From NCBI GenBank assembly GCA_040954595.2, contig CM082576.2, positions 13,333,129-13,397,128 of the forward strand: DNA of 64,000 nt. Reading direction: 5' to 3'. The translations under genes and the position numbers were made by a program. The notes below the pieces were generated by a model. That model searched no databases. It saw only the letters and a program-made list of their open reading frames with translations, and was not told the origin of the DNA. Shown here piece after piece: positions 25,001 to 39,012 of the stretch. This DNA is from Balanoglossus misakiensis (taxonomy: Eukaryota; Animalia; Hemichordata). Position 1 is the stretch's first letter, and every line of letters begins with the position of its first letter.

Positions 25001-28000
25001 CTAAACTACCCAATATAACCAAATTGATGCCATCATGCATGTATCACATTTTTCTCAAACCCTTTGTGGACTGGCCCAGAAAGGTACCGGTACATACGTG
25101 TGACCTCTACATTGACTTTGCCCATGCATTACTCCATTGGCCAGTCTGATTTAGTATTACAATTTTCGTCTCATCTTTCAAAGGCAGGAAGTGTGTAAAA
25201 ATTTACAGTACATATCGTCCACAGAGGTGTAAAAACCAGACAAAGGTCTAATAAACATATCGTCTGTCGCAGAAATGTCTTTCTGCCTGCTCCCATGTAG
25301 TTTTTAGCACCAAAATACCACAGTCGGTAGCTATAAGGCCAATGTTCACGCTGCGTGTTCAGCCAAAGCAGTCTTGAAGGTTGGTGTGTGCACCCACCCA
25401 CTCAGCAAGCAGCGCCGAGTCAGGGTATCGGATGTCCCCTAATCAAGTCAACTGAGCGGCATTCCTGTCTCAGTTGGCTTTTTTTTTTCTCTTCACCAAC
25501 CTCACACTGTATTGCCGAGTCATTGCGGATCAACTTGTGGCTTTGTTCGCTCTCTCCTCTCTGGGATCATGTGTGTGTAGCGTGCTTTGCCCAGCTCCTC
25601 TGTCAACCGGTAAGATCTGTGTTTTCATCTGAATAACATCTCAAGTGCCTGTTGTGCTGTCGGTTGCTTCGACTGCTTGCCTTGCCTGCTTGCTGGATGT
25701 GATCAGGTCAGAGGGCTTTTTCAGGAAGGGGAAGTTTAGAGTCATTGTTCAAACTGTTGCCGACCATTCATATGTCATCACATGCTTGCGATATTGCTTC
25801 ACGTAGTTCTTGCTGCTGCAGACAGACACAGACAGTCCATCTGGTTGTCATACAAAATTTTACCATTTTAATAGCAACCATTATATCTGTAGACTAGATA
25901 TTGTAGTACTTGGGGGAATAATTTAAAACTTCTGCCGGATACTGTCATGTACAGACACTTTTACTGGCCATGCCCATATTTTGTGAAACATATCCGTATC
26001 AGCATTTATCCAACATATATCATAAGTTTCATAACCACAATTTAACAAGACAAGTGTATATCATCTGATCTTTGAATTCATGGTGATAGCACTTGATTTA
26101 CAGTTTATAAGACATTTTGAACTTTTCTTACAAAAAGGCCGCGGTCTCACATTGTGACATGTACCGACCGTTCAGATCATCCACGTATTATGAATACTTG
26201 TGTCAACCGAATCCCAACGCGCTGGAAATGATTGGCACCTGTCATGGATATCGCTGTGATGCTTTACGCTTCTGTTGGTGTTTTCTTTTCATTCATAGTG
26301 GCTATTTATATAACACTCTATAATATGCGTGACATGACCTCAAACTGCTCAGATTTAACATGTCTCAGATTAGAAAAAAGACGCCTAGTCTGACTGTAAT
26401 AGCCTGACACCTTTATCGAGCCCGGATCCATCCATCTCTGACGGGGCAATTATATAGAAACGCATCGGGAATTGTCAGACAGGATCTTTGTACATAACTG
26501 ATGGCATAGTTGATATCTGCAGGCTAAATCCAGTGTCTGTTCAATTCGTTGCATGCATGACATACGCCGTGATATCTGCCCAACCCATCGGACCTCCACA
26601 ACTTAAATCCTAGTCTAGCCTAGCTCATATGTCAGCTTGTCAGTGCATACATGAAGTGTTCGGAAATTATTGAATGCTCGTGAGGTCAACTGAATTTTCA
26701 GTTCACTGTTTTTGTTGGTCTAGCCATTAACTGGTGTTTCTACTGAACACCACTTGTTAATCGCGGCTCGCGCATCACCATTTAATTGGCTTACAATAAT
26801 TGACCGTGTACAACTGTCATCCAACTCATTCCGACTGTTTCTGACTTGGGTGGCCTGCAAGTATAAATTCTCTCTTCTGTCTGACAGAATTCTAATTTTA
26901 CCCCAAAAGAGTCAATATTTTTTCTTAATGAGCTTTCAGCTTTTCAAAACTTCTTAATAGTCTCTAGTACGTGTAATCTATCCTGTTTCGGTATATTGGT
27001 TCTGTTGTGGTAAGGGGTTCATGATAAATAAATTGAAAAGCTATTACCAAAAATACTCAATTTTAAGTGAAAGATGTCTCAGGGAATTACATGCGTCCAT
27101 AACATTTTAGTTTCTTCACATGAGAACCTTTCTAGGTGTGCGTTCTTCCTAGTATACATTCCATAGTTTGGGTGTGTTGGTTTTGTGCAGTTGTTGTGAC
27201 ATGCAATATCACTGTGGTATTTTAGCCCCCTAAAACTACACATGTAAATACTTTTTAACCGTTGTCGGAGCACGTTGATCCAATGAAATCGGTTTGAGAT
27301 TTGTTACAGAGGGGTCATGAGCTTAGCGCTTGAAGGAATTCCTTTGAATATTAGCAGCATATATCAACGAGGAAGCTCTACGATGAAGCTTCTGTTTCTC
27401 GAGTTGCAACTTTTACAGAGCATCTTTGCTAATTTCTGAAATTACGTCAAAATTGGGCAAAAGGGACGCAGGAGTTTTCAGTCTTTCACCTGTCAGAAAA
27501 TATTGATATAAGAGGGATGCTATCCTAAGAATCCTTGAGTTTATCTAAAATATGACACATATTACATGATCGAGTGAAAATTGATTTTTGAATTCTGAAA
27601 CTGAAAATAAGAGCTATACTAATCAAAAGCAGAAATTTGATTGCTGCCATGACAGTCAGTCAGTAAAATTGAGTTTTTATTCTCACACACTGACTCACTC
27701 GCTCGCTCACTGACTCACTCGCTTACTCATTCACTCCTGTGCAATGATTAGAGGGAAACCATACCTAGAATACAGAAAGTGGTTGAAGAAAAGTCATGTG
27801 GTGTTTTGAGATGAAAATATAGCCCGAAGACATGTCATGTGGTCAAGGACAATCACATCCATTGAGAGTGCCTTAGAATCTTTAATTCAGCCATGCAGTG
27901 TTTAACAGCTCAGACTCTATAGTCGAGGTGATTAAGGAAATACTGAAGGACAGTGACTTGAATTCTATGGCCAGCTTCATCAAATGGCCTTTTTGAAACT

Positions 28001-31000
28001 TCCCAAGGTCAAGAACCCCACCTATGGGCAAGCACACATGCCATGCCATTGATATCGTCACCACAAGTTCATAGTCTGCTGTGCCATCACTAGTGGTACG
28101 TAGCATGGATTTGAACATCTCAGTTGATTTGAGAACTCCAGGGTAGATGGAAGGCCTCGCATTAGTTGTTGCTACATGTGTCTAAAAAAGCTATCACAAA
28201 GCATCTGATGTGTTTAATACAAGAACGTGCTGATGTTTTGAGATATTGATGTCTAATGTATCGCACTGTGACAATCAGGGTATGGATTGCCATGAATGTT
28301 AGTACATCACGAATGTATCTGTTGTTCCTATTGTTCGCATGTCAAGGAAGTTCTACATGTATGTCTATTGTCAGCCATTGAATTAATGTACTTTGTACCA
28401 TAGCCCAAAAATTAAGCCTAGAATAAATCCTACTTTCTCAGTAATCAGTCAGAAGGTCTGTCTTGTGTCTGTCTATTACGTTCCTGTTTATATCATTTTA
28501 GACTTGTCTTTCTGTGGATATCTCCAACACAGTGACTGAAAAAAAATAGAATAGGGCCTGAGTCAATATTACCGAAGATATTTCAGTTGCTCCAACATAA
28601 GATCCTGTCATCTGGCCTTTGATTTATATCCCAAAATATTACAACAATTCAACAGAGATAAAATAAACCTGTGATCAATTGGTCCCAGTAATAAATCTAA
28701 TTGGCTACTGTAACCTAGTATTTATCTAACTGTCTAATATTGGATTGATCTGCACTGATAGTTTGTTTTCAGAGAAACCCTACATGTACTACATGTATAG
28801 TTCAATGATTAAACCAGATTTGTGCCCAGGGCTCCCTCTATAGTTGACCCTAGGTGACACCTGCAATTTATACAATTCGACATGCTCTTATTCAGTCTAT
28901 GAAAAGAGCTTTGTGTTCGGGAGTTGCACGGTGAATCCCGTGGGGACTGTGACATTAGCATACCAATATGACTGCACTTCCTACACCATTAAAAGTCACC
29001 AATTTTGGACATCACGAGTGATTAGCGCCGCTTTGAGAGGCATTCTGCTTTCTTGAACCTCAGGTGAGACAGTTTCAGACTTTAATAACAAGCGGCGTGG
29101 ATGTGTGTAGTCACTGATAGCTTAACACACCTGCAGTTAGCAATGTCAACAGGTAGAGAGGGGGATTAGGGCAGAGCTAATATGCTATATATCCTGTGTA
29201 CCGGTAGAGTGCTGTACTCTAAATGGATTTGCCGCTGATTTCGTGCGTTCGGAGTTTGTTTCCAGTCATGCGGGAGAAATTTGTTGAATAGAGAGAAGAC
29301 ACAATTGACAGCTATTAACTATTAAGCGAGGAGATGTGACAGCAACAATAGGGTAGAGAACAATCAACAAGTTTTGACTTGCAGTCTGCTGAAAAATTGG
29401 CCTTTTAAAGCGAGAAGCTCAGAGGCTGAAAACGGTAATTGGGTCAAAGTCTTCAATATTTGCTGCAAAATGCTAGTTTCTAGTTGTTAGCCTGGTGGGG
29501 AATAAGAATGGCCCATTTTCTTTAGGTGTTTGTCTTTCAACTGCATTTCACCATTGTAGTATCAGCTAGCAGGAACTGAATTTCATTTCCAAGTTCAAAG
29601 TGAAAATCGGACACGTTTCCTACTTGTAGCATGCCCGTGTTACTTCGTGTACAATGCAAAGACTCCCGCACACAATTCCCGAGTAGTCGAGCTGTGGTGT
29701 CAGTGTACGATTAAGAATTCACAACAATACCACTTTCAGCGTGTCTGGGGGATTACTCTGTTACTGTGTGCTTTACTGTCAACCGGTCATTGTTGTGAAT
29801 GTCAAGCAGATAAGATTGCAATGCTCGCTCTTTTTTTGACTGACCAACGCAAACATGTAAGCCAGATGGATCAGGATTGCCAAAGGGTACAGTTATGAAT
29901 TAAGTTACACCAGTTGTCAAAAGTACTGTATTACAGTAAATGTTTCTTTGGTGAGCCAACTGTCAATGAGTGGTCCTGAATGGGCATTTAAAAAATCCAT
30001 ATTGGAGCAACTCTGTGTAACTGTCAAGTTCAAGAGTTGTTTGGCATTGAACATGCCCACAGCAGTAGAAAAGTTGTCTCAGTTTCAATATCGGGATCTG
30101 TATCGGAAGAACTTCTGAGTATTCTACTGGTATGTGACCCATCAGAGTACTACATACTGTATTTGTATTCAATAAAAAAGGTCAAATTTTACATTGATTT
30201 TACAAAGTGCTCCATCTGTACATGTATCACCTTTCTGTTTATTCGTTGGTTGTAAGTGTGTGATATTTCTGATTCAACTTGACATAAGGTTGTTGGGGTG
30301 TCCATGGCAACCCGGCACACTGGTAGCAAAAGCTATGGGTATTTTTGTCATGGTGTGAGATGTTTTACCGTTGTGTGTTAACTTGGTGCAAAAGTTTGAC
30401 ATTCAAGTAGTGATAGCAGAATGCATCAACTGAAATGGCACTGTATGGTGTACTTGTTATTTAAAAAGAACATTTTTGTCTTGAATGGTGATGCACTTGT
30501 TTACGGTAACCATGGTGATAGTTACCCTTAGAAAACTCTGCATGTGTCGAGACTTCATTGATCAAGAGCTCCACTGATAGTACCATGTACTGTTTGTACA
30601 TTGATTTGACTTCAGTATTCTTCTGATAATGTTCAAAGTAGTATGGCAATATAGTGCTTGTATTTTTGCTGCAATTCATTCAAGTACATTTTGTTCTCAA
30701 ATTTACACACTTATAAATCACAATCAGTGAGAGCCATTGACATTTTTGTAGCATAATCTCATTGTCATGCGTGAACATTGGCACAGATCTTTGTTTTTAG
30801 TGTATCCTTACCAATATACACTTGAAATCAGGTTTATTCAACCAAGTTTTATTGATATAAGTGTGCATACAAAAATAAGTACACAACACTTGCCTTTGTG
30901 TTCTGTCCCTATCATAACAAGTATTTAACAAAGCAGGATGTACACAACAGTGGGCAAGCACAATTATAACTTTGTCAGTCGATCTGTGGTTTGAAATGTT

Positions 31001-34000
31001 CATATCCGATGCAACAAGTGATTGATGTCAGCATCTGTTTAGGGCAGATTTGACCTTCCTCTTGCGACGTGAGGGCTCCTGTGCTCATTGGACTGATGTG
31101 TACATACTATTGAGAAGTCTTGCAGCGGGACTGTATGGTGCATGTACATTGTGAATTAGACATGTCACATACACTTGTGTAGTGCGAGACGTAGGGAACA
31201 TAATTAATGTGAGATGTAACATGAATCTGTTGTGTCAGTCCTCTAAATGCCCTCACGAAACCCACTTACCGGATATTGGTATACACAAGTACCTGTCCCA
31301 GGACCCCTTCAAATTTTGTACCCTACACGCATACACTCATGAATATTCATATCACTCTAAGCTGTGTTGAAAATGTACATTCACTTATGTGCGGCCATGC
31401 AACACTGAGAAACTCTACACAATTCTATTCAGAATTCCGGGGGCTGGCCTGGAAAGCAAATATTGGGGCATTTTAAAAACGTTTATTGTCCTCTACCTTT
31501 GCAAATTATAGTGATTGTTGTCAAGCTCAGGGGACTATTTTTATAGTGTAATTATTAAGTTCAGACTTGTCTCATTAATGCCAGGCTGAGACCTTAGTCA
31601 CTAATAGTAACAGTTTGGCATTGACAATGTCAATGTCTCAAGGCTATATGAATGTTTCTTTTGACAGTTAGATATATGTTCACCACGAACAATTGTATAA
31701 ACAATGTTTTCCACTTTATTTAACTCTCTTGCAGCTGAAGAGAAAATTCCTGGAATTCAAAATCGACCCATATTGCGAACTCAGAAGTTGGAAAATCTTC
31801 AGAAGTGTCTTCATTTCTTAGAAAGTAAAGGTGTTCGTCTCTATGGCATCACAGCAGAGCGTAAGTTGTTTACATTGTAGTTCCACATCTCAAAAATCAT
31901 GTTGTTCGCTGCAGTTATTAAGTGAAATGTATATAATAACTGCCTAGTACTTGAATATGATTGTCATTTTTGGTTCACAATGACTTATCTATGCAATTTG
32001 TAATACCTTCACAAGAACACCACAGACTATGGTGGAATCACTGTCATACTTGATTTTTTTATTAAAAAAATAAATGCGCAACCCCAGATGTAGAGATTAT
32101 GATAACAAATTTTCAAGCATCAACACAACATTAATACAGAACGCTTCACTGGTGCTGGATCTATATAAACATGTTCATATTTGTATAGTGTGTGGTTACA
32201 TTATGAAAATATTTTGACAGATCTTGCAGATGGAAATTTAAGAACGACATTGACACTTCTCAGTGCAATAAAGGACAAGTTTGAGGTAAGTCTAAGTAGC
32301 TGCAGTATTATGAGACACAATTTTATATTTTTTATTGAAAGTTATCAGAAATTCAAGAAATACTGTTAGGTAGATATCACAGTAATTAACTATTTAAGTG
32401 ATCTCCAAAGTCTTTTAATAATTTATTAATACCAGTATATTTATTTTTATTTCATGTGCAGCCGAAAGTGGAGTTAAATGGTAATGATTCTTACCAAGAC
32501 AATCAAGGTAACTTTGACTGTGTGTCTGTCTGTCTGTATGTCTCTCTCCTTGTCTGTGACTGTTTTCTGTCTCTGTAGTATGTGTTAACGGTATATGCAC
32601 AACTTTTACCAGTAGCACTGCTGTCTGTCTTGCCCTTCGACCTCCCTATCTAGTGTTTTCTATAAGGAGGTACATTGCTTATTATTTGTGGCAATGTCTG
32701 AATACTAGCATGTAATAATTACTTGTTGTAAGGACAGTAACATGGAGTCAGATCCGTGTTGAGTGTGAATCTAGCTATCACTTCTGCCTATTGATCACAT
32801 TGGTATGCTTTGTTACCCCTGACAACAGAAACAACAGAAGATGGATATCAGAGAACATTAAGAGACAGCAGTGGTTACAATATTGCCTACTTACCTGGAA
32901 CAATGGCTGCCCCTCAGCCAGAGACGGAACAGTCACCCCCTACAGACAAAATAATGGTATGGTCACATTACATTTCAGTATGCAATTTCTTTTGATCTTA
33001 ATATTTCTTTGACACATGCTTGAGAAAATGACTTGTTTCTGGTTGAGCACACCTCTTTTTATCATGTGCAGAATAGTGTTGTTGTTATTATTAGTGGTGG
33101 TGGTGCTGTTAGGAGTAGTGGCATTTCAAAACTTATGCGTAACTGTTTTATGCTCGTGTACATGTAATTTTACTGCTTTACAGCCACATTTAGTGAGAAT
33201 CAATTCAAAAGGGCTCCAATGAGTAATATGTGCAGTTCTTGTCGTCTTTGTCATTCACAGTCAACCACCCAGTTGGACAAAAGAAAAGTGGAACAGCACG
33301 GCGCCGATCAACGCCGCCAGCAACTGATACGTGGAAACTCTGGTACGGTGGGACCGCAGCCGGACAGATCACCGCCCACAGCGTGGTCAAATACTGCTAC
33401 AAGTGTAAGTGAAATAGTTGTAGATCTACTGTAAATGCTGCTCACACTGTCCCAGATATCGTAGAGAGGATGTTTAAAATGGAAGGAATTAGATCCATAT
33501 TGTACTTGGTAATTTGGGTGGCTAATACCGGGTACATGTACTGCAGTACCATAGTAAAACTTATGTTTTCTGTGAGAAATAATACATGTAGTTTAATTGG
33601 AAGTGGTGATGTTTGTTACAGCATCCGCCAGTGAGGGAGACAGTATCATTGACTGTAGAAGAAAGGTTGAAATCTCTACTCGACAGTCCTGACTTAGGGG
33701 GCTTAGCCCAACCAACTTCTCAGGTAAGTTTGCAAACCATGTAGGCTTTAATCATTCCAACAGTGCATTGTGATTGGTGCATACATGTTACAAAAAACAA
33801 CAATGATTTAAGTAGTAAAACCCCAGACAATTTTTAGTTGTCTGTAGCAATGTGTATTATTTTATACCATGGATGAAGTTTTGTGTATGAAGCAGTGAAG
33901 AAAAATGTGAATTTCTTGTCATCTAAATTACCGGTAATTTTAACCTGTGCATTGTTCACAATGCATTGTTGAAATATTGTAAGAGTACTGTTCCCTGTGG

Positions 34001-37000
34001 TGTACTGGTTTTGTCGACCTGTCCATGCATCAGAGTTGATGATGAGGTCCCCCCCCCCCCCCCCCCATGCTGAATTGTCAGAAAGTTTATGTTTGTTCAC
34101 ATGCACAACTCATTTTCATGGTAGCGGACTTTCATCCATGCAGTTAGGTTGTGTTGATGGTAATTGGGTATTATACAATACATTTCACTCATCAGACTTG
34201 GAACATTTCAACTTACTGTGTATGCATGAAATTTTGCATGGAATAACATATGTTCGTTGATAACAGTAAAACTTGCTGCATGCCACTGTCTGTGTACGTG
34301 TTAATTAAATCACTCACCCCAGCTTTAATACATAACCAGAATGTTTTTCATTTCCACACACATCATGCATCTTGGGTGGTGTTTACATGCTCCATTTGCC
34401 AATTGCATCCATCCCCCCTCTAGGACTATGACGACGGTGAACTAATCACACCACCCCCACCCCCCACGCGACGAATACCCATGCGATACAGCGATGAAGA
34501 CGAGGACCGAAGACTGCAGGCGGCGTTAGACGGAACGGTCCCGTACAATGCGTACCATGGTGACTGGGAGCATTATGGCTCATATGTGGTATGCTAAAAA
34601 TAGACCATCACTTTCATTTCTCACTCACTGAACCTGTCTCACTCAACTCTCTACTCTAATCACTACCACCTGTCATGGTTTGGTTCATTCCTACCTGCTC
34701 ACCCCTACCTCCCACTGGTTTGACCCATCATGTCATAAAAACTGGGAATCCACTTTGAATTGAGTTGACCTTCATTGTGAGGTCAAGGGGTATATTAGAA
34801 AACAGAAAATACACAGATAGCTGCAAATTGCACAGATGTCAGTGCAAAACGCCCTGCAGTGTAGCACTGAAAACTCATGGTGTAGTGGCCCATCAAAAGA
34901 TTTTGCAGAAATATTACAAGTAATTCATTATACAATATGGAATTGGTCACGAGGCCTCAATATTTAAAAGAATCCTTATGCTTCAGTATTTGCGCAATAT
35001 AAGAAACAATGTAGAACTATTTCTGTTTGAAGATGTACAAGAATTTTAAGTCCAAAACAATGATCTGAAAATACCAATACGAATCATTGGGGCTGATGAC
35101 AAGGTAATTTGCATGGATGTGGCATAGTCTAATTCTCATGTCATTTCCTACTTCCAGCCTTCACACAGTGGAGAAAAGAAAGACGGTCCCAGAGTTCAGA
35201 GTTTATTGGAGAGGCCAGCACCAGCCACCCCAGGATCACAAAGACCCAGCAATGCCAACGTGCAGATGTCTCCAAAAGCAGTCCATTACAATCACGGCAA
35301 AAGTCCAAGCACGTCAACCAGCAGCTCTTCTGTAGAACCTCAAAGGTATTTAAAATGGTTGTATACTGTGATTGTTTCCAGTTGTGTGCTATAGGGTAGT
35401 GAACTCTTTCTTGTAGTGCGCCCTCTGGAGTATGTGTTGAGTTTTATGCCAACATAGTCTGGTTCCCTGGCCCATTTCAACCACGGTCGACTGATGTGTG
35501 GTGCGTCGAAACGGGCTCGACCTTGTTCTGACGCTGTGCCTACATTATTATAAAGAGAAGCTTAAATTAAATCTTTATGTGAGGTATGTCATTGCAATTT
35601 GATCTTTTCGCTGTAGCATATTGTTGTAAGCAAAAGTAGGTGGTACTTTAAAAAAGTGGTATTTTCACAGGTAACAGTGTTTTGCTGTCAACTGGTTGAT
35701 TTCCATCCAGCTGTTGGCAGTTTTCTTCATGATTGTTCAGTCAAACATGTTTTTGTATGTTCTGTTGCAGTCGTCATCCACAGCAACAACAGTCGCAGCA
35801 ACGAACGGCATATTGGAACAGCTCTGACAATTTAAGAGAAGCTTGCAATATCATGTACAATCCTGCAGGCAATCAGGTACTGTCTTTCTTGTGTACTGTG
35901 TGTGCATGGGCACTTATTGGTGTAATTTCCATGACCAGTGGTGAAACACCATTATGTCTTTCTGAAAACGTACGTGTATGCATTACTTTTTGTGAACTGT
36001 CCGAGAAACACTAATTTTTAGAGAATTGTACTAGTTTCTACAGACTTGAAAAGAACACTGACTGCAACTATCTCCAACTCAGTGGACAAAGTCTTCATTG
36101 CATTATTTTTTTACAGAAACGTTTGTGTTTGTATTACAGACAGTGACATATCAGCCAGGTTCAAAACAGCTGCCCACGTACAGTGAACACGTGCACAGAC
36201 ACCAAGCACCGCCGCCGCAACATTGGAGAGACCAGTCTCCCAGCAGACACAGGGATTTCAGCCCCGCAAGGCAGCAGAGAGACTCCAGCCCTGTTAGGCA
36301 ACCCAGGGACTTCAGCCCCACCCGGCAACCAAGGGACTCTAGTCCAGTTAGGCAACCCCATACCAGGGACTTCAGCCCCGCAAGGCAACAGAGAGACTCT
36401 AGCCCAGTTAGGCAACCGCACCAAAGCCCCAGCAGGCAACGTCACGACTTCATGTCGGGTCCCAGTAGACAGTTACAAATGAGAACTCAGAGTCTTGAAA
36501 ATAATCTCTCTGCGTCAAGAGGGCCTGATACAATGAACCCACCCCAGAAAAACTTTAGCAACGCCGTGGAAAATCCCAACATACCCGGTCACATGCACGG
36601 CCAGCAGGCAAGGGGACAGCTGCATGACCAGACGCAGAGGAGGGTTGAACATTACCACCGCGACCATGACAGACTGCAACACAACCAACGGCCGATTACG
36701 GGTACTAATTCCCTCCCCATGAACAGGCTCGCCTCTCAGGACTCGACGGTCTCGTACAACAGCATCACCGACTCCATGACGTCGACTCACGGCCAGATGT
36801 CCTTTCTTGCCAAACTGCCGTCGTCTATCAAGACGCCGAGGTCCCACGTCCCTGGACACGCGCCCCCGACGACAATGGACAATCGTGGCGGCGAGGGGAG
36901 AATCGACCTGGAGCTGAACTACACGCCCAGCGAGAGTTCCTCGCGGTCGCACACGCCCCCGTTGCCAGCGCTGTCCCCTGACAACACCCCTCCGGTAACA

Positions 37001-39012
37001 CCGCCTGAGTCGCCGCTCCCGACGCGTCACGCTCTGCCACACAACGTCGGCGGCGGCGGCAACCCCTCGCCGTTTGAACAGCTTGCCAAGATGAAAGCCA
37101 GCAAGGCCAACGAGAAGAAGAAGAAGGGAACCAGTAGAAGCAGCAGCTCGCAAATGAGACTCTACCCGCACAGCATCTTCCATCGGGGCAGCGGGAGAAA
37201 CAAACAGAGGAAACGGTTTGATAGAAATAACCTGTCCCCTCCCATCCATGAATACGCAAAGAGTGAAGACTCCTATGATGATGACACTGCCAGAGATAGT
37301 GGTAGGTTCGAATTTTTTTTTGCTGAATCCCATTGCTAGACACTGCATTTCTACATTCATATGTCAGTCATAATTTTCCGCCAAGCACAAAGTGTCAATC
37401 AAACATGACCTTGTGGGTCAGTCACAAAGGTCACAGAGGTCAATATTTTTGTTCCTTACTTCAGACTATCAGTCATTCAACCCTAATCTTTTCTGTTTGC
37501 AGAAACAATATCATTACATATAGACACACAGGACAGCTACGGCCTAGCATCGGAGTCGCAAACCGAAGACAGCACCCGACCTATGCACTATGACGCAGAC
37601 AGTGTTCGACACCAGTTGGTTGCACTGGAAAAAATGTATCAAGACATTCTCCACGTGATTGGCAGTAATAAAGATGAGAAAATTCCAAATACGAGATTTA
37701 TGGGAAGTCAACAGTCATTGCAGTCCAGAGGTAAAGTTCGAGGTGAGAAGAGGAATCTTGTTCTTGCTGGAATTTGAACGTATTTTATTTGGTTGTTGTA
37801 AAAATTTTACTAACCAGCAGAGAGGATAAAGATATACTTGTAAAGTAGTGGAGAATAAAACAAAGTTGTTTCAGATACAACCCTTCGTCAGTGGACTGAC
37901 GACTTACATATTGAAATAATATGTGAAATACCAGTATATTAACAAGAACCATTATGTAGTGACTGATGGAGTTTTGTGTGTTTCACCAATGACAGGGGGC
38001 AGCAGGAGAGGAGGACAGAGAGATAAAGACATCCGCATCGTCAACAAGAGATTTGCCAGAGTGGAGTCCCACGTAGTCACCTTGGCAAGAAGTGTTGCTC
38101 ACCTCTCGTCGGAGTTGCGATCTCAGAACTCGCTCCTTCAAGAAATAGAATTCCTCAAGCACGAAATCCACCACCTGAAAGAACTTCACGTGTCGAGGGA
38201 CTTTGCAATAAGAAGTGGTCAGCAGATCACGCCGTCGGCCGCAAATTCACACAAAATTAAAAAATTAACAAAGTAAGTTATGGATGTAACCACCCTGTTG
38301 CCCGCTAAAACAGAATCAGTAATAGTTGACAGCAAATCAATCAGTGCCTGGCAATGGCTTATAGGTGAAGGGATGGTATTGTCCAGTTTTGATCTGCGGT
38401 GGATTTTGCTTCACTTCACGATTGTAGACCCTAGTAACATAAAGAGGCAATGTTCTGTCTACTCAACACAAACTTCACTATGCACGTACACACTAAAGCA
38501 GATACACCATGAGTTAAGAATATTAATTTATTTTTTTCATATATAAAATTTTTTTCGTTTTAGATTTTTTGGAGAAGAACCACCACTCCTTGCCATATTT
38601 CTGAAACAACTGGGTTATGAAGTAAGTTTGTCAACAAATTGTTACTTATTCCTTTCACTTGGTCATTTGATAGTAATAGTAAAAATACCAATCAGCACAG
38701 TGACTCTAAATATTATAATTTTATGCTCATAAATCTCACTGCCACGCTTTCTTTTCACAAAACATTACATTTCTTCAGAGATAGACTTTCAATTAAAAAT
38801 ATGGTGACAAATTTTGCTAATACAAATGTTGAAAAATAATGTGACAACACTTTTTATTATTTTTTTTCCAGAAATATGTGCCGTTTTTTGAGAAGGAAAA
38901 AGTTGGAATGGTTGAACTGCCGTTTCTCAGCGAGCAACGTCTGGAAAGGCTGGGCATCCCAACAGGGCCTAGACTACGCATCATGCACGAGGCGCAACTG
39001 ATGATGTCATAA
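19039..39012 (+). CDS. Uncharacterised protein: N-terminal calponin-homology domain, long low-complexity middle, coiled coil, C-terminal SAM domain (~1059 aa)
   Basis: Exons: 19039-19194, 21400-21514, 31735-31860, 32221-32285, 32462-32480, 32829-32956, 33261-33404, 33622-33723, 34424-34588, 35158-35345, 35771-35876, 36140-37301, 37503-37730 (or 37742), 37996-38272, 38564-38621, 38872-39012; the frame stays open throughout. CH: TTWANGHL..ISDLRKSIGDGLTLVHLLDVL..KLENLQKCLHFLESKGV..LADGNLRTTLTLL. SAM: FLKQLGYEKYVPFFEKEKVGMVELPFLSEQRLERLGIPTGPRLRIM. Confidence 0.8.
27688..27737. repeat. Degenerate (ACTC)n/(GCTC)n microsatellite
   Basis: cactgactcactcgctcgctcactgactcactcgcttactcattcactc. Confidence 0.7.
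36227..36436 (+). repeat. 27-bp coding repeats encoding RD(F/S)SP(A/V/T)RQ(Q/P), ~7-8 units
   Basis: Direct reading of exon 36140-37301. Confidence 0.9.

Noticed and set aside
36515-37360. 281-aa minus-strand ORF
   Set aside because: Antisense shadow of the large GC-rich exon 36140-37301; no splice or motif support.
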